In this document: positions 1-9,115 of the stretch, in pieces
Numbering within the stretch: position 1 is the first letter of the stretch
How the letters are laid out: each line of letters begins with the position of its first letter
DNA from: an uncultured virus (IMG/VR IMGVR_UViG_2912375805_000003)
Taxonomy: Duplodnaviria; Heunggongvirae; Uroviricota; Caudoviricetes
IMG/VR virus record: IMGVR_UViG_2912375805_000003
Reading direction: 5' to 3' (one strand)
Length of the DNA: 64,000 nt
Notes under the pieces: model-generated
Database searches by the model: none
The model's input: the letters and a program-made list of their open reading frames with translations, nothing else
What the model was told of the DNA's origin: nothing
Program-made: the position numbers and the translations under genes

Positions 1-1233
1 ATGTTATCTGATTTTAATGAACTTCTAAAAAAATATGCACGCTTAATTGCAGAAACTGGCGTAGCCACAGAAAAAGGACACACAGTTGTTTTACAGATCA
101 GCGTGGAACAGGCACCCCTTGCTCGATTGATCACACAAGAAGCTTATAAACTAGGAGCCGCTGAGGTTATCGTTCAATGGACTGACGACCAGATCCAAAG
201 AGAATTTCTTTTACATGCTGCAACGGATCGTATTGAGAATGTACCACAATCTAAAATCGATCAAGCGGATGAATGGCTTGAAAAAGGAGCAAGCAGGATC
301 AGTGTTGTTTCTGCCGATCCCGATGCATTTGCTGGTGTAGATAGCCATCGAGTAGCGTCTTATCAATCAGCGGCTGGCAAAGCACTAATGAATTTACGCA
401 AGGCAACTCAAGCAAATAAAGTCAGTTGGACTGTCGTGGCTGCGGCTGGTAAACAATGGGCAGCAAAAGTCTTCCCAGAACTGCCAGAAGAAAAACAAGT
501 TGAGGCATTATGGGATCAGATTTTCAAAACGACTCGTGTCTATGAAGAAGACCCTGTCTTAGCATGGAAGAAGCATGATGAAAAATTAGCAAAAAAAGCA
601 GAAGAATTGAATCGAGAACAATTTTCTGCCCTGCACTATACTGCTCCCGGTACAGATATCATTATCGGATTGCCTAAAAACCATCTTTGGGAAGGCGCTG
701 GAAGCTATAATGCTCGTGGAGAAAAATTCATGGCAAATATGCCGACGGAAGAAGTGTTCACAGCACCTGACAGTCATCGAGTAGATGGTTACATTTCAAG
801 TACAAAGCCACTGAGTTATGCTGGCACCATCATCTCGGGTATGAAATTTACTTTTAAAGATGGAAAAGTCATTGATTTTTCTGCCGAACAAGGAGAAGAT
901 GTCTTAGCAAAACTGCTTGATACAGATGAAGGTGCGCGTCGTTTAGGAGAAGTCGCACTTGTACCTGACCCTTCACCTATTTCTCAATCTGGCATCATCT
1001 TTTTCAATACATTATTTGATGAAAACGCATCGAATCACTTAGCACTAGGTTCTGCTTATGCCTTCAGTGTGAAAGGCGGTACAGAAATGTCCGATGAAGA
1101 ATTAGCAGAAGCTGGATTGAATAGAAGTCAAACCCACGTAGATTTCATGGTAGGATCTGACAAGATGGATATCGACGGAATCCGTGAAGATGGCTCTACA
1201 GTACCGATTTTCCGAAATGGCGATTGGGCTTGA
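1..1233 (+). CDS. pepS: Aminopeptidase S (peptidase M29, thermophilic metalloprotease family)
   Basis: 410 aa; NMPTEEVFTAP, LGEVALV, FDENASNHLALG and NRSQTHVDFM motifs of the M29/AmpS family. Confidence 0.93.
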   Translation: MLSDFNELLKKYARLIAETGVATEKGHTVVLQISVEQAPLARLITQEAYKLGAAEVIVQWTDDQIQREFLLHAATDRIENVPQSKIDQADEWLEKGASRISVVSADPDAFAGVDSHRVASYQSAAGKALMNLRKATQANKVSWTVVAAAGKQWAAKVFPELPEEKQVEALWDQIFKTTRVYEEDPVLAWKKHDEKLAKKAEELNREQFSALHYTAPGTDIIIGLPKNHLWEGAGSYNARGEKFMANMPTEEVFTAPDSHRVDGYISSTKPLSYAGTIISGMKFTFKDGKVIDFSAEQGEDVLAKLLDTDEGARRLGEVALVPDPSPISQSGIIFFNTLFDENASNHLALGSAYAFSVKGGTEMSDEELAEAGLNRSQTHVDFMVGSDKMDIDGIREDGSTVPIFRNGDWA

Positions 1234-1274
1234 GTATACTTTCGCACACATGCAAAAAATAATATAAAGCATAG

Positions 1275-1311
1275 AATAAAGGATCTAAGCTATTGGCTTA
1301 GATCCTTTATT
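1275..1311 (+). terminator. Intrinsic terminator after pepS, probably bidirectional
   Basis: Inverted repeat AATAAAGGATCTAAGC / GCTTAGATCCTTTATT. Confidence 0.8.
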
Positions 1312-1621
1312 TCGCTAAACAACCCCACCGTTTTTTTATATGGTACTTTGAAAAGGAAAGTTGTAAGTATTAACCCATCAGCTATTACTAAAAATAATAA
1401 AAAGTCATCTCCAGTTCATTCCCATTGGCTTTACGTAAAGCTTCAAGTTATACCGCTAGAGTTAAGAACGATATATCTTTCGTCGGATAGGACTGGTATA
1501 AGCCAATCGAAATCGTTTAATTCGAATCTGTTGAAGTATGAAAATCAACTACACCGTCGACCTAGTAAGTTTTTCTTTAGTAATCAATTTTTGCCTATTT
1601 TCTCTTCGACTGTTTATTGAG

Positions 1622-1738
1622 GGACTAAGACATACGCATGCATCTATTTTACTTTATCAAGGAGTAAATATACTTAGCGTATCGAAACGTTTAGGACATA
1701 GCAGTTTAGAAACTACAATGTCTACTTATACAAAATAA
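1622..1738 (+). pseudogene. C-terminal remnant of a tyrosine integrase
   Basis: GLRHTHASILL...VSKRLGHSSLETTMSTY holds the box II catalytic residues; no upstream integrase body. Confidence 0.8.
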
Positions 1739-1770
1739 CCCCCTGTACCGCAAAGGATACAGGGGTTATT
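1734..1770. terminator. Hairpin terminator after the integrase remnant
   Basis: AATAACCCCCTGTA...TACAGGGGTTATT inverted repeat. Confidence 0.65.
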
Positions 1771-1878
1771 TGTACGTTCCTGACTAACTATTACACGTCT
1801 TCTGTTGTGTTTGTTATTGCAGGAAATCTTAATATAGAAGGTTTTCTATTTGTTTACATTTTGTTGAATTCGAATTTT

Positions 1879-1899
1879 TTTGGCACATAATTTGGCACA
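1879..1899. repeat. Putative integrase arm-type sites (TTTGGCACA x2)
   Basis: 9-bp direct repeat at 1879 and 1891 near the left prophage edge. Confidence 0.55.
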
Positions 1900-1938
1900 A
1901 GTACTTGTTTTCTATTATTCAGTATATTAAATTCCGCC

Positions 1939-1967
1939 TTCACAAAAAGAACATTCGTTCGTATACT
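1939..1967 (+). promoter_or_regulatory. SigA promoter with a LexA (SOS) box in the spacer
   Basis: TTCACA-17 nt-TATACT; AGAACATTCGTTCG at 1948-1961 fits the Gram-positive GAAC-N4-GTTC box. Confidence 0.8.
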
Positions 1968-1986
1968 CTTTTTGAGGTGAACTTTT

Positions 1987-2289
1987 ATGCTGATGGAAGG
2001 AAAAACACAATTATGGTTTAAATTTGACCCTTCGAATAGATTTATCAAAGATTTTTATAAAGTATGGAATTCAGAAGTTTTCTTTTTAGCAATCGAAGAT
2101 AGCTTATTAATCAATCTCTACTATTCTAATAAGAACTATTTCAAAATTCCTGCTGCGAAAACTAGAATGAAGAAGGGTGTATACTTTTTGTTTGATATCG
2201 TGACTGACGTGCCGGACGCACGTAGCGATCATCGGCGTTATGACTATATAAAGTATACTTTCGTTGATCCAGAAAGATACAAAGATTAA
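1987..2289 (+). CDS. Hypothetical prophage-end protein, putatively SOS-regulated
   Basis: 100 aa ORF; RBS GAGGTG; LexA-boxed promoter upstream. Confidence 0.75.
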   Translation: MLMEGKTQLWFKFDPSNRFIKDFYKVWNSEVFFLAIEDSLLINLYYSNKNYFKIPAAKTRMKKGVYFLFDIVTDVPDARSDHRRYDYIKYTFVDPERYKD

Positions 2290-2324
2290 ATAAAAAAATA
2301 ACAAACAAACTCGCTTGAAATTCA

Positions 2325-2696
2325 TTAGGTGAGTTTGTTTATTATTTTTTCTGCTTCTCGATTCATCAGCGCCATATCTGTTTTCGTAATGGTTTCATTA
2401 GGAATATAGTCAGCACATTTTCTTTTCTCTAACATTCTATACCCACTATTATGTATTCCTAAGGTATTCAATTCCTTAACTGTTGAAAACAAATTCCAAA
2501 CGGTTTGGTGGCTTCCTTTTCCGCTACTTCCATTATAAATAATATCATAATTTTCTTTCAAATACTCATCAGATTTTTTAAAAGCACTGTAGTATGCTCT
2601 TGAAACAGCAGTTCTTCTATAAGATTCTTTAGAATTATATTTATCATCTGATTCAATTTGTTTGGAAATAGATAAATATTCATTAAAGTCAAACAT
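2325..2696 (-). CDS. HEPN domain protein (UPF0332-like)
   Basis: AVSRAYYSAF...SHQTVW...KRKCADY pattern. Confidence 0.75.
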   Translation of the reverse strand: MFDFNEYLSISKQIESDDKYNSKESYRRTAVSRAYYSAFKKSDEYLKENYDIIYNGSSGKGSHQTVWNLFSTVKELNTLGIHNSGYRMLEKRKCADYIPNETITKTDMALMNREAEKIINKLT

Positions 2697-2697
2697 T

Positions 2698-3099
2698 TTA
2701 TTCCCCCAAAGTTGCTACTACAGATTTCCCCATATATTTATAGTCAGATAATACATTATCGAGAGTATCCAAAACATCGTAATCTGAGGAAAACAATTCA
2801 GATGTTGTTTTGATAACAAAGAAATACAAGTTTAAATCTTCATCATATTTTATATTGATTTCAGCTTTTCTTTTTAAAACCGTATTTATCACATCAAAAA
2901 TTTTGCCATCATTACTTGAAATTGTGTTAATCTCATTTTTTGTAGTAATTACAAGTTGATTATCATTTTTAGTTTTCGGAGTAGAACTTGCATCCACAAC
3001 AACTGGAGATGCTAGAATTACCGATGCGCAAGCAAAAATCGCAGCAAAATTTATTAAGCTACCACTCCGATGTGTATTTGATGGTACTATATCAAGCAT
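2698..3099 (-). CDS. Hypothetical protein with an N-terminal hydrophobic (TM/signal-like) segment
   Basis: Start reassigned to ATG 3099 behind AAGGAG, which overlaps the upstream stop; LINFAAIFACASVILASPVVV. Confidence 0.7.
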   Translation of the reverse strand: MLDIVPSNTHRSGSLINFAAIFACASVILASPVVVDASSTPKTKNDNQLVITTKNEINTISSNDGKIFDVINTVLKRKAEINIKYDEDLNLYFFVIKTTSELFSSDYDVLDTLDNVLSDYKYMGKSVVATLGE

Positions 3100-3112
3100 C
3101 CGTATCGTCTCC

Positions 3113-3520
3113 TTAATTTTTTTCCACTGGTTTGTTGACCTTGATATCAAAGATTTGCCTTCCAATCTCAGTTCCATTAAATTTAACAACAGCATAATGC
3201 TCTCCTGCTTCTTCAACCAAGACATTTCTGGCGTTTATATTAAAGTTTATATCGTTAACTTGAGGAGGCAAGCTTACCGATACTTCACCCGTAGAAAAAA
3301 TTTGTTTTTCATTCTTGTTTAAAACTTCAATTTCTACTATTTTTATCTTTTCTGTATCCTCTATCTCAGACACCACAGCTGTTACAGAAAATGATAAAGC
3401 AGTAGGAATTAAAGGCGCATTAATAGAAAGAGCTGGATTAATTACTTTATTAATAACATTAGTGCCAAATTGCTGACTTTCTACATCTTCTGAAATTATT
3501 AATTGTACTCTATAAGACAT
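3113..3520 (-). CDS. Hypothetical beta-rich protein (DUF6941-like)
   Basis: 135 aa; RBS AGGAG; pattern LIISEDV...SINAPLIPTALSF...EAGEHYAVVKFNG recalled as DUF6941-like. Confidence 0.6.
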   Translation of the reverse strand: MSYRVQLIISEDVESQQFGTNVINKVINPALSINAPLIPTALSFSVTAVVSEIEDTEKIKIVEIEVLNKNEKQIFSTGEVSVSLPPQVNDINFNINARNVLVEEAGEHYAVVKFNGTEIGRQIFDIKVNKPVEKN

Positions 3521-3582
3521 TGATTTCTCCTAATTTTTACATTTATTTAATAAATTTATGTTTCACTTTTGCTAGTCAATTT

Positions 3583-3612
3583 AGTTTAACAATAGTAACA
3601 AAGCTTTGTCAA
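3583..3612 (-). promoter_or_regulatory. SigA promoter of the three-gene cassette
   Basis: Minus strand TTGACA-18 nt-TAAACT with extended -10 TG. Confidence 0.65.
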
Positions 3613-3630
3613 CGGAAATATTAGCTAATT

Positions 3631-3666
3631 TTGTAAGCATATTTATAAGTATATTTGTAAGCATAT
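3631..3666. repeat. Three tandem 12-bp repeats
   Basis: TTGTAAGCATAT TTATAAGTATAT TTGTAAGCATAT. Confidence 0.75.
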
Positions 3667-3810
3667 CTGACATTTAATCAGTAGTAAAAGTGCCTCTATA
3701 TAAGGAACAAACTGTTTTTTTACTATCTAAATTCGTATACAGTTTTACTAACAAATTAGCTAACAATATTAGCAACTATATCAACAACTATATGTACTTC
3801 CCCTCAAAAA

Positions 3811-4314
3811 TGATGTGCACCCCAAAAGTTAGACTAGAAATCTAATTAAAAGGGGTGCTTTTTTTGCGGAAATATACATTTGTTTTTAAGAAAAAAGTAG
3901 TTTCAGACTATTTAAATAACGAAGGCGGCTACAAATATCTTGCACATAAATATCAAATAAATCGTACACTGGTTAGACATTGGGTAAGGATTTATAACTA
4001 TCATGGTTGGGAAGGCTTGGTTGGAGGTGGCAAAAGCTACACTACAAAATTTAAACTTGATGTTATAGAATATATGGAAACAAATGGTCTTTCTATCCAA
4101 GAAACTGCTAAAAAATTTAATATCGGTTCAAATAGAACTCTAAGTAAATGGATAGAGCAATATGAAGAAGGCGGTGCTTCTTCACTTGAGAGCCAAAAAA
4201 GGGGCAGAAAAATTAGTATGAATTCCAAGCTAAACATTCCTAAAAAACTTAAAGATGAGTCTCTTGAAGAAGAAGTTATTCGTTTAAGAGCAGAGAACGC
4301 ATATTTAAAAAAGT
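3811..4314 (+). mobile_element. IS3-family (IS150 group) element, left part, cut at a contig join
   Basis: Terminal TGATGTGCACCCCAAAAGTTAGAC; OrfA with HTH repeats ending LRAENAYLKK; A6G frameshift motif at 4307-4313; N at 4315. Confidence 0.88.
3855..4314 (+). CDS. IS3-family transposase OrfA (partial)
   Basis: Tandem HTH segments and an EEEVIRLRAENAYLKK zipper. Confidence 0.85.
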
Positions 4315-4315
4315 N

Positions 4316-5028
4316 TTTTCGATTTCTCCAAACTGATCAATGTGGGCGTAATTCGTTCCATCTGTCAGTGTAGGATTAGCTGCACCAGCTCGTGTTGGAT
4401 CAATGACAGGCTTGTTTTCAGAAGTTGTTGGATTTTCATCGGTAAATCCATGAGCTAAATCATATGCTAATTTTTCTTTACTTACGCCCATTTCAGAAAG
4501 ATAACCGTATGGATCAGTATGATCTCCCCAGATATTTTGTGTTACCCATAAATGTGATTTGATTCCTGGTTGGTTATAAGGCGTGTCTAATGTTAATGGA
4601 ATACCATATTTCATTGCTGAATCTCTAGCCAATTCAACGTATGCCTTGTAGTTTTTCTCAAACGTTGCTTTATCATGTGTGTGTTGTAACTCAATCTGCA
4701 CAGGACTGTTGGCATTAGCATACGAACCAGCACCGTACTGTACATAACCAGGTTGACCGACTTGATAAACAATTCCGCCGTCTCCCACAATATAAGCAGT
4801 ATAAGCGCTAGTCCATGAACGTTGCATATACTGCGCTTCATTGCGTCCTGTTGCTGTTTCATTAGCCGTTTCATGCAGTAAAATGTACTGATTATTTGCT
4901 ATTTGTGAGCTACCTTCATTTGCGCCCAAATTAAATTCATTGTTGATAGTATAGGCAAATCCGTTAATTGGCAATAAAAAAAGAGCCGTTAACAGGCTCA
5001 TCGCAGTAATAGTAATTTTCTTTTTCAT
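4316..5028 (-). CDS. Endolysin, N-acetylmuramoyl-L-alanine amidase (Amidase_2) with signal peptide; 3' truncated at N
   Basis: ILLHET, QIEL, SHLWV and HTDP motifs; N-terminal MKKK plus hydrophobic stretch. Confidence 0.88.
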
Positions 5029-5038
5029 TTGTTTCCTC

Positions 5039-5236
5039 CTATTTTTTCAAATTATAAGCCGACACACCAGTGATAACGCCTAAAAATGTTGCTACTGCAT
5101 TGATAGTCAACACTATCATATCTGTTCCATTCCATCCATACGCTTTCCCTAACATGGCTACTAAAGCAGATGCAGCTGGCAATACTGTTAAAACTGTCCA
5201 TTTAATGACTTGATAATACTTATCTGGTAAAATCAT
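5039..5236 (-). CDS. Phage holin
   Basis: 65 aa, two TM helices, directly upstream of the lysin. Confidence 0.85.
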   Translation of the reverse strand: MILPDKYYQVIKWTVLTVLPAASALVAMLGKAYGWNGTDMIVLTINAVATFLGVITGVSAYNLKK

Positions 5237-5272
5237 TTCTTCTCACCTCCTTTACAATTTAGTCAAGAAATN

Positions 5273-5822
5273 TACTTACGCCCATTTCAGAAAGATAACC
5301 GTATGGATCAGTATGATCTCCCCAGATATTTTGTGTTACCCATAAATGTGATTTGATTCCTGGTTGGTTATAAGGCGTGTCTAATGTTAATGGAATACCA
5401 TATTTCATTGCTGAATCTCTAGCCAATTCAACGTATGCCTTGTAGTTTTTCTCAAACGTTGCTTTATCATGTGTGTGTTGTAACTCAATCTGCACAGGAC
5501 TGTTGGCATTAGCATACGAACCAGCACCGTACTGTACATAACCAGGTTGACCGACTTGATAAACAATTCCGCCGTCTCCCACAATATAAGCAGTATAAGC
5601 GCTAGTCCATGAACGTTGCATATACTGCGCTTCATTGCGTCCTGTTGCTGTTTCATTAGCCGTTTCATGCAGTAAAATGTACTGATTATTTGCTATTTGT
5701 GAGCTACCTTCATTTGCGCCCAAATTAAATTCATTGTTGATAGTATAGGCAAACCCATTAATTGGCAATAAAAAAAGAGCCGTTAATAGGCTCATCGCAG
5801 TAATAGTAATTTTCTTTTTCAT
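5273..5822 (-). CDS. Endolysin amidase (second copy, truncated at N)
   Basis: Same protein as 4316-5028. Confidence 0.85.
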
Positions 5823-5832
5823 TTGTTTCCTC

Positions 5833-6030
5833 CTATTTTTTCAAATTATAAGCCGACACACCAGTGATAACGCCTAAAAATGTTGCTACTGCATTGATAG
5901 TCAACACTATCATATCTGTTCCATTCCATCCATACGCTTTCCCTAACATGGCTACTAAAGCAGATGCAGCTGGCAATACTGTTAAAACTGTCCATTTAAT
6001 GACTTGATAATACTTATCTGGTAAAATCAT
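5833..6030 (-). CDS. Phage holin (second copy)
   Basis: Identical to 5039-5236. Confidence 0.85.
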   Translation of the reverse strand: MILPDKYYQVIKWTVLTVLPAASALVAMLGKAYGWNGTDMIVLTINAVATFLGVITGVSAYNLKK

Positions 6031-6045
6031 TTCTTCTCACCTCCT

Positions 6046-6288
6046 TTACAATTTAGTCAAGAAATAGCCAATGATCGTAATGCCTAAGCCAATCATATAG
6101 CCCCAAGCCCATTTATTATTGTTCTTCATTTCCTTGATGTCTTCTGCATTGTTTAGTGCTACTGAATAGGCTTTATCTGCTAAATCTTTTGCACTATCAG
6201 CCTTTTCTCTAAGTGATTCGTAGTTGTCTAATTTTGTTTCAATTCTTACTAATCTCTCCACAACGTCTTGGAGCGCTTCTTCTTTCAT
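6046..6288 (-). CDS. XhlA-like membrane protein of the lysis module
   Basis: ERLVRIETKLD coiled coil plus C-terminal TM; start reassigned to MKEEALQ. Confidence 0.7.
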   Translation of the reverse strand: MKEEALQDVVERLVRIETKLDNYESLREKADSAKDLADKAYSVALNNAEDIKEMKNNNKWAWGYMIGLGITIIGYFLTKL

Positions 6289-6322
6289 GTTCCACCAACT
6301 TTCCAACAAAAAAACGCATCAC

Positions 6323-6460
6323 TTAAGATGCGCTCTCTTCTTTGCTAATGATTTTATCTGCTTCTTCGTCTGTAATGCATAGTGGAACGAATAGTCGAAC
6401 TTGATCGTCAGTAAAACAGCCCCAATCATACATCATTTTCACATCGCTAAAACTAAACAT
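6323..6460 (-). CDS. XkdX-like small phage protein (45 aa, not in the ORF track)
   Basis: MFSFSDVKMMYDWGCFTDDQVRLFVPLCITDEEADKII; homolog at 51094-51231. Confidence 0.7.
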   Translation of the reverse strand: MFSFSDVKMMYDWGCFTDDQVRLFVPLCITDEEADKIISKEESAS

Positions 6461-6461
6461 A

Positions 6462-6908
6462 CTACTCACCTCCCTTTAAAGTTGGATTTAGTTGCTCTTT
6501 AATTTCTGAAATGTCTTTGCTATTTTGTAACGAAGCAAGCATCATTTTTGAATTGATTTGTGCTAAACTATCCGCTTTTTCTTTCAATGCAGTATTTTCC
6601 TGTTTAATTGCTACATCGCTTAGCATGAGTTTGGCGTTGAGCTGTTTTAAATCGCCGTTCTCGTGTTCCAGTGCCTCGTACATCGCTTTGAGATTGTTTA
6701 AATCGTTGTGATCCAGTGTGTTCGCTAAAACAATCCATTGGTTCAGTTTAGGATCAAACATCTGATCAGCAATCGTTAGCGGTTCGCCATCAGCACGTAA
6801 TCCTTCGAGCGGTGGCTGATCCGTGTAAGGAACGGATACAAGCATATCGTCCAATACTTTTCCTGCATACTCTCCGCCAGTACGTCCGTATTTCCAAATG
6901 TTTTTCAT
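6462..6908 (-). CDS. Phage tail-associated hypothetical protein (coiled-coil C-terminus)
   Basis: 148 aa; near-identical homolog at 51233-51679. Confidence 0.75.
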   Translation of the reverse strand: MKNIWKYGRTGGEYAGKVLDDMLVSVPYTDQPPLEGLRADGEPLTIADQMFDPKLNQWIVLANTLDHNDLNNLKAMYEALEHENGDLKQLNAKLMLSDVAIKQENTALKEKADSLAQINSKMMLASLQNSKDISEIKEQLNPTLKGGE

Positions 6909-6919
6909 TTATTTCCCTC

Positions 6920-9100
6920 CTACTTTGTTTCTGGATAACTATCAGCTGTTCGCCATTCTCCTGAAATATAATGATTTCCTACTCGATTAGTTGCAAATTT
7001 AACTACTTGTTTACCAGTTGAATCAGTGATTACCAAAGCGCTGATTTCTCCTTGTGGCGTAGTCCACTGTACAACCGACAACGGAACCCCTACAATTGTC
7101 CATCCAATAGGAAACTGAAATCCTAAAGGAATTTCTAGTAGATTCACATGTGAAGCTACGGCTGTTGTCGAGTTTGTTTTTACTCGTGCGTGAAAGAATA
7201 CCCTATCACCAATACGTTCGAATTCGTATGAAAATTCATCAAATGCGCTTTGCTTATCTGATTGAATAGTAGTCAAACCAGATCCACTCTGTAACACACT
7301 ACCTAAGTTTTTAACTGTTGCCACATCTACTCCGTCGATCTGGACCCCATCTTTGAAATTTTTAAGTCCTAAAACGGTTTCGGGTTCAGTTAGACTAACC
7401 GTATTATTCAAGCCTTTTTCAGCATATTCAGGTGTGATATCCCAGCTGTAGTCGTTCGGATTGTTACTATCTTTCAAGCCTTCACCGAAGTATTTAAACT
7501 GACTAATATTGGGCGTTCGGGTGTTGCCTTTTTCAATCTTGAGCCAGTCAATTTGGCATGCGCCTACTGTTGATCGTGGATACTGATAAACACGGAAAAG
7601 TTTAGGCATCGCCACAACATTCGTTGGTGTGAATGTTAGAGACCATACGTCTGTCAACCCATCAACCGGCTTTAGTTCTCCTAAACGAGCAGTCCAATGA
7701 TTATACGCTACAAAGGTTTGACTTGCGGGTTTTGTTCCTTTAAGCGTGATAGTATACGTTTGACCTATCATAAGCTCTTCTTCTGTGTAACCTTGATATA
7801 TTTGGTGGTCGCCAGATTCGATTGGGAACTTAACTGTATGATCGGCAATATTTTCGTTAGGATATTCGCGACACATGTTGTAAGGTTCTGCTAATAAGTT
7901 AGGTTGGAATGGTGTAGCTGTTGAGCCTTCTTCGATTTTGATGTCATAGCTCATTTCTATTTCCCCAAGTATCCCATCTTGAGCCCTAAATTGTATCCAA
8001 GGATGGTATGCTTGTGGGCTAAATGTTGGAGTAGTTCCAGTAATACTAAACTCTTTCCATTCCTGAGTTATCGAATTACTGTTAATAGGTAAGTCTAAAA
8101 CAATCTTGCCAGTTCCACTGTCAACATACCTATATCTAATCAGTATAAGTTTTCCGTCAACTGGACTATAGTCCGCTCCAGCTCTAAGCTTAACAGTCAT
8201 TACAAGCGTTTTATTAGATGGTAGCCAGTTAGCTATACCTCTTCGTTTATAATATAGCTCTACTCCACCTTCCACTTCAGCTGATATCTTATTATATTTA
8301 AACGAGTTTTCACCTTTAGAAAGTGTTCCAGCTGAAGTATTTTGATTTTCAATTAAGTCGTATGATAGCTTACTTAACAAATTAGGATTTCCACTATAAT
8401 CATAGTTCCCGAAATCGATGCTGTTGGAGTACATCTTTTTCAGCTTTCCGAGATCACTTATTTGCTGGTTCGTTTGATCAATACGATCATTTGCTTTATC
8501 AATATTCGTATTGAGAGTTGTGACATCTTGATTGGCTTTCGTGATTTTGTCGTTTGTATTTTTTAATTTCGCATCAATCTGCGTTTCAGATTCCGTAATT
8601 TTCTGTTCAATCTCTTGCTTTCCATCAGCTAGAATTTTTTCGATTTTATCAATAGTCTGACTGAAACCATTGAAATAATAATCTTCCAATTCTGGTGTAC
8701 TATCATCGATTGGACTGCGTTTGATGTCAAAAGTAAAACGACCAGCTGTATCTAACGAGCGGTCGTTTGGGAAATCAATATAAACACTACCTTCGACAAT
8801 TCCAACATAGCCTAAAATATTATCTTCCAGCACAATGGACACAATACCATTTACACGATCTTCAATGGTGGCGAGATAGTCATGTTTTCCATAACCACCT
8901 TCTGCCGTTGCAGATCTGAACATCAGACGAATCGGAACAGTTGTCCCTTCGGGTAAGCTTTGAGGGATGCCGTTTTTCCGAACTAACTTCATTCGAAGCT
9001 TAGCTGTTCCTCGGTCATGCGACCAAAAAACAACATTCGTCCTGTTTGGACTAGTGGCTTCTGCTTGAATCACAATGATCGATTCATTAATTTTAAACAT
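6920..9100 (-). CDS. Baseplate upper protein (BppU-like) / receptor-binding protein
   Basis: BppU-type N-terminus (FWSHDRGTAKL), coiled coil, CBM-like modules ending IKIEEGSTATP and LKIEKGNTRTP. Confidence 0.8.
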   Translation of the reverse strand: MFKINESIIVIQAEATSPNRTNVVFWSHDRGTAKLRMKLVRKNGIPQSLPEGTTVPIRLMFRSATAEGGYGKHDYLATIEDRVNGIVSIVLEDNILGYVGIVEGSVYIDFPNDRSLDTAGRFTFDIKRSPIDDSTPELEDYYFNGFSQTIDKIEKILADGKQEIEQKITESETQIDAKLKNTNDKITKANQDVTTLNTNIDKANDRIDQTNQQISDLGKLKKMYSNSIDFGNYDYSGNPNLLSKLSYDLIENQNTSAGTLSKGENSFKYNKISAEVEGGVELYYKRRGIANWLPSNKTLVMTVKLRAGADYSPVDGKLILIRYRYVDSGTGKIVLDLPINSNSITQEWKEFSITGTTPTFSPQAYHPWIQFRAQDGILGEIEMSYDIKIEEGSTATPFQPNLLAEPYNMCREYPNENIADHTVKFPIESGDHQIYQGYTEEELMIGQTYTITLKGTKPASQTFVAYNHWTARLGELKPVDGLTDVWSLTFTPTNVVAMPKLFRVYQYPRSTVGACQIDWLKIEKGNTRTPNISQFKYFGEGLKDSNNPNDYSWDITPEYAEKGLNNTVSLTEPETVLGLKNFKDGVQIDGVDVATVKNLGSVLQSGSGLTTIQSDKQSAFDEFSYEFERIGDRVFFHARVKTNSTTAVASHVNLLEIPLGFQFPIGWTIVGVPLSVVQWTTPQGEISALVITDSTGKQVVKFATNRVGNHYISGEWRTADSYPETK

Positions 9101-9115
9101 CTATATCCTCCTTTC

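Larger units (their letters stand above)
4479..6065. repeat. Near-identical lysin/holin segment, 4479-5271 vs 5273-6065
   Basis: 794-bp offset; copies abut at N 5272; a few SNPs near the lysin start. Confidence 0.9.

Noticed and set aside
1348..1620. ORFs 1348-1620 and the N-terminal part of 1538-1738
   Set aside because: No RBS or recognisable motif; only the integrase-like tail from ~1622 is supported
3100..3225. Long start of ORF 2698-3225
   Set aside because: Overlaps the upstream gene; the strong RBS supports ATG 3099
4276..4373. Apparent transposase/lysin overlap, or IS insertion into the lysin
   Set aside because: The junction is an N contig join with no right IR or target duplication
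4479..6065. Tandem duplication of the lysis cassette
   Set aside because: Copies abut at a single N and both lysins are truncated; overlapping contigs from sibling prophages are the simpler explanation
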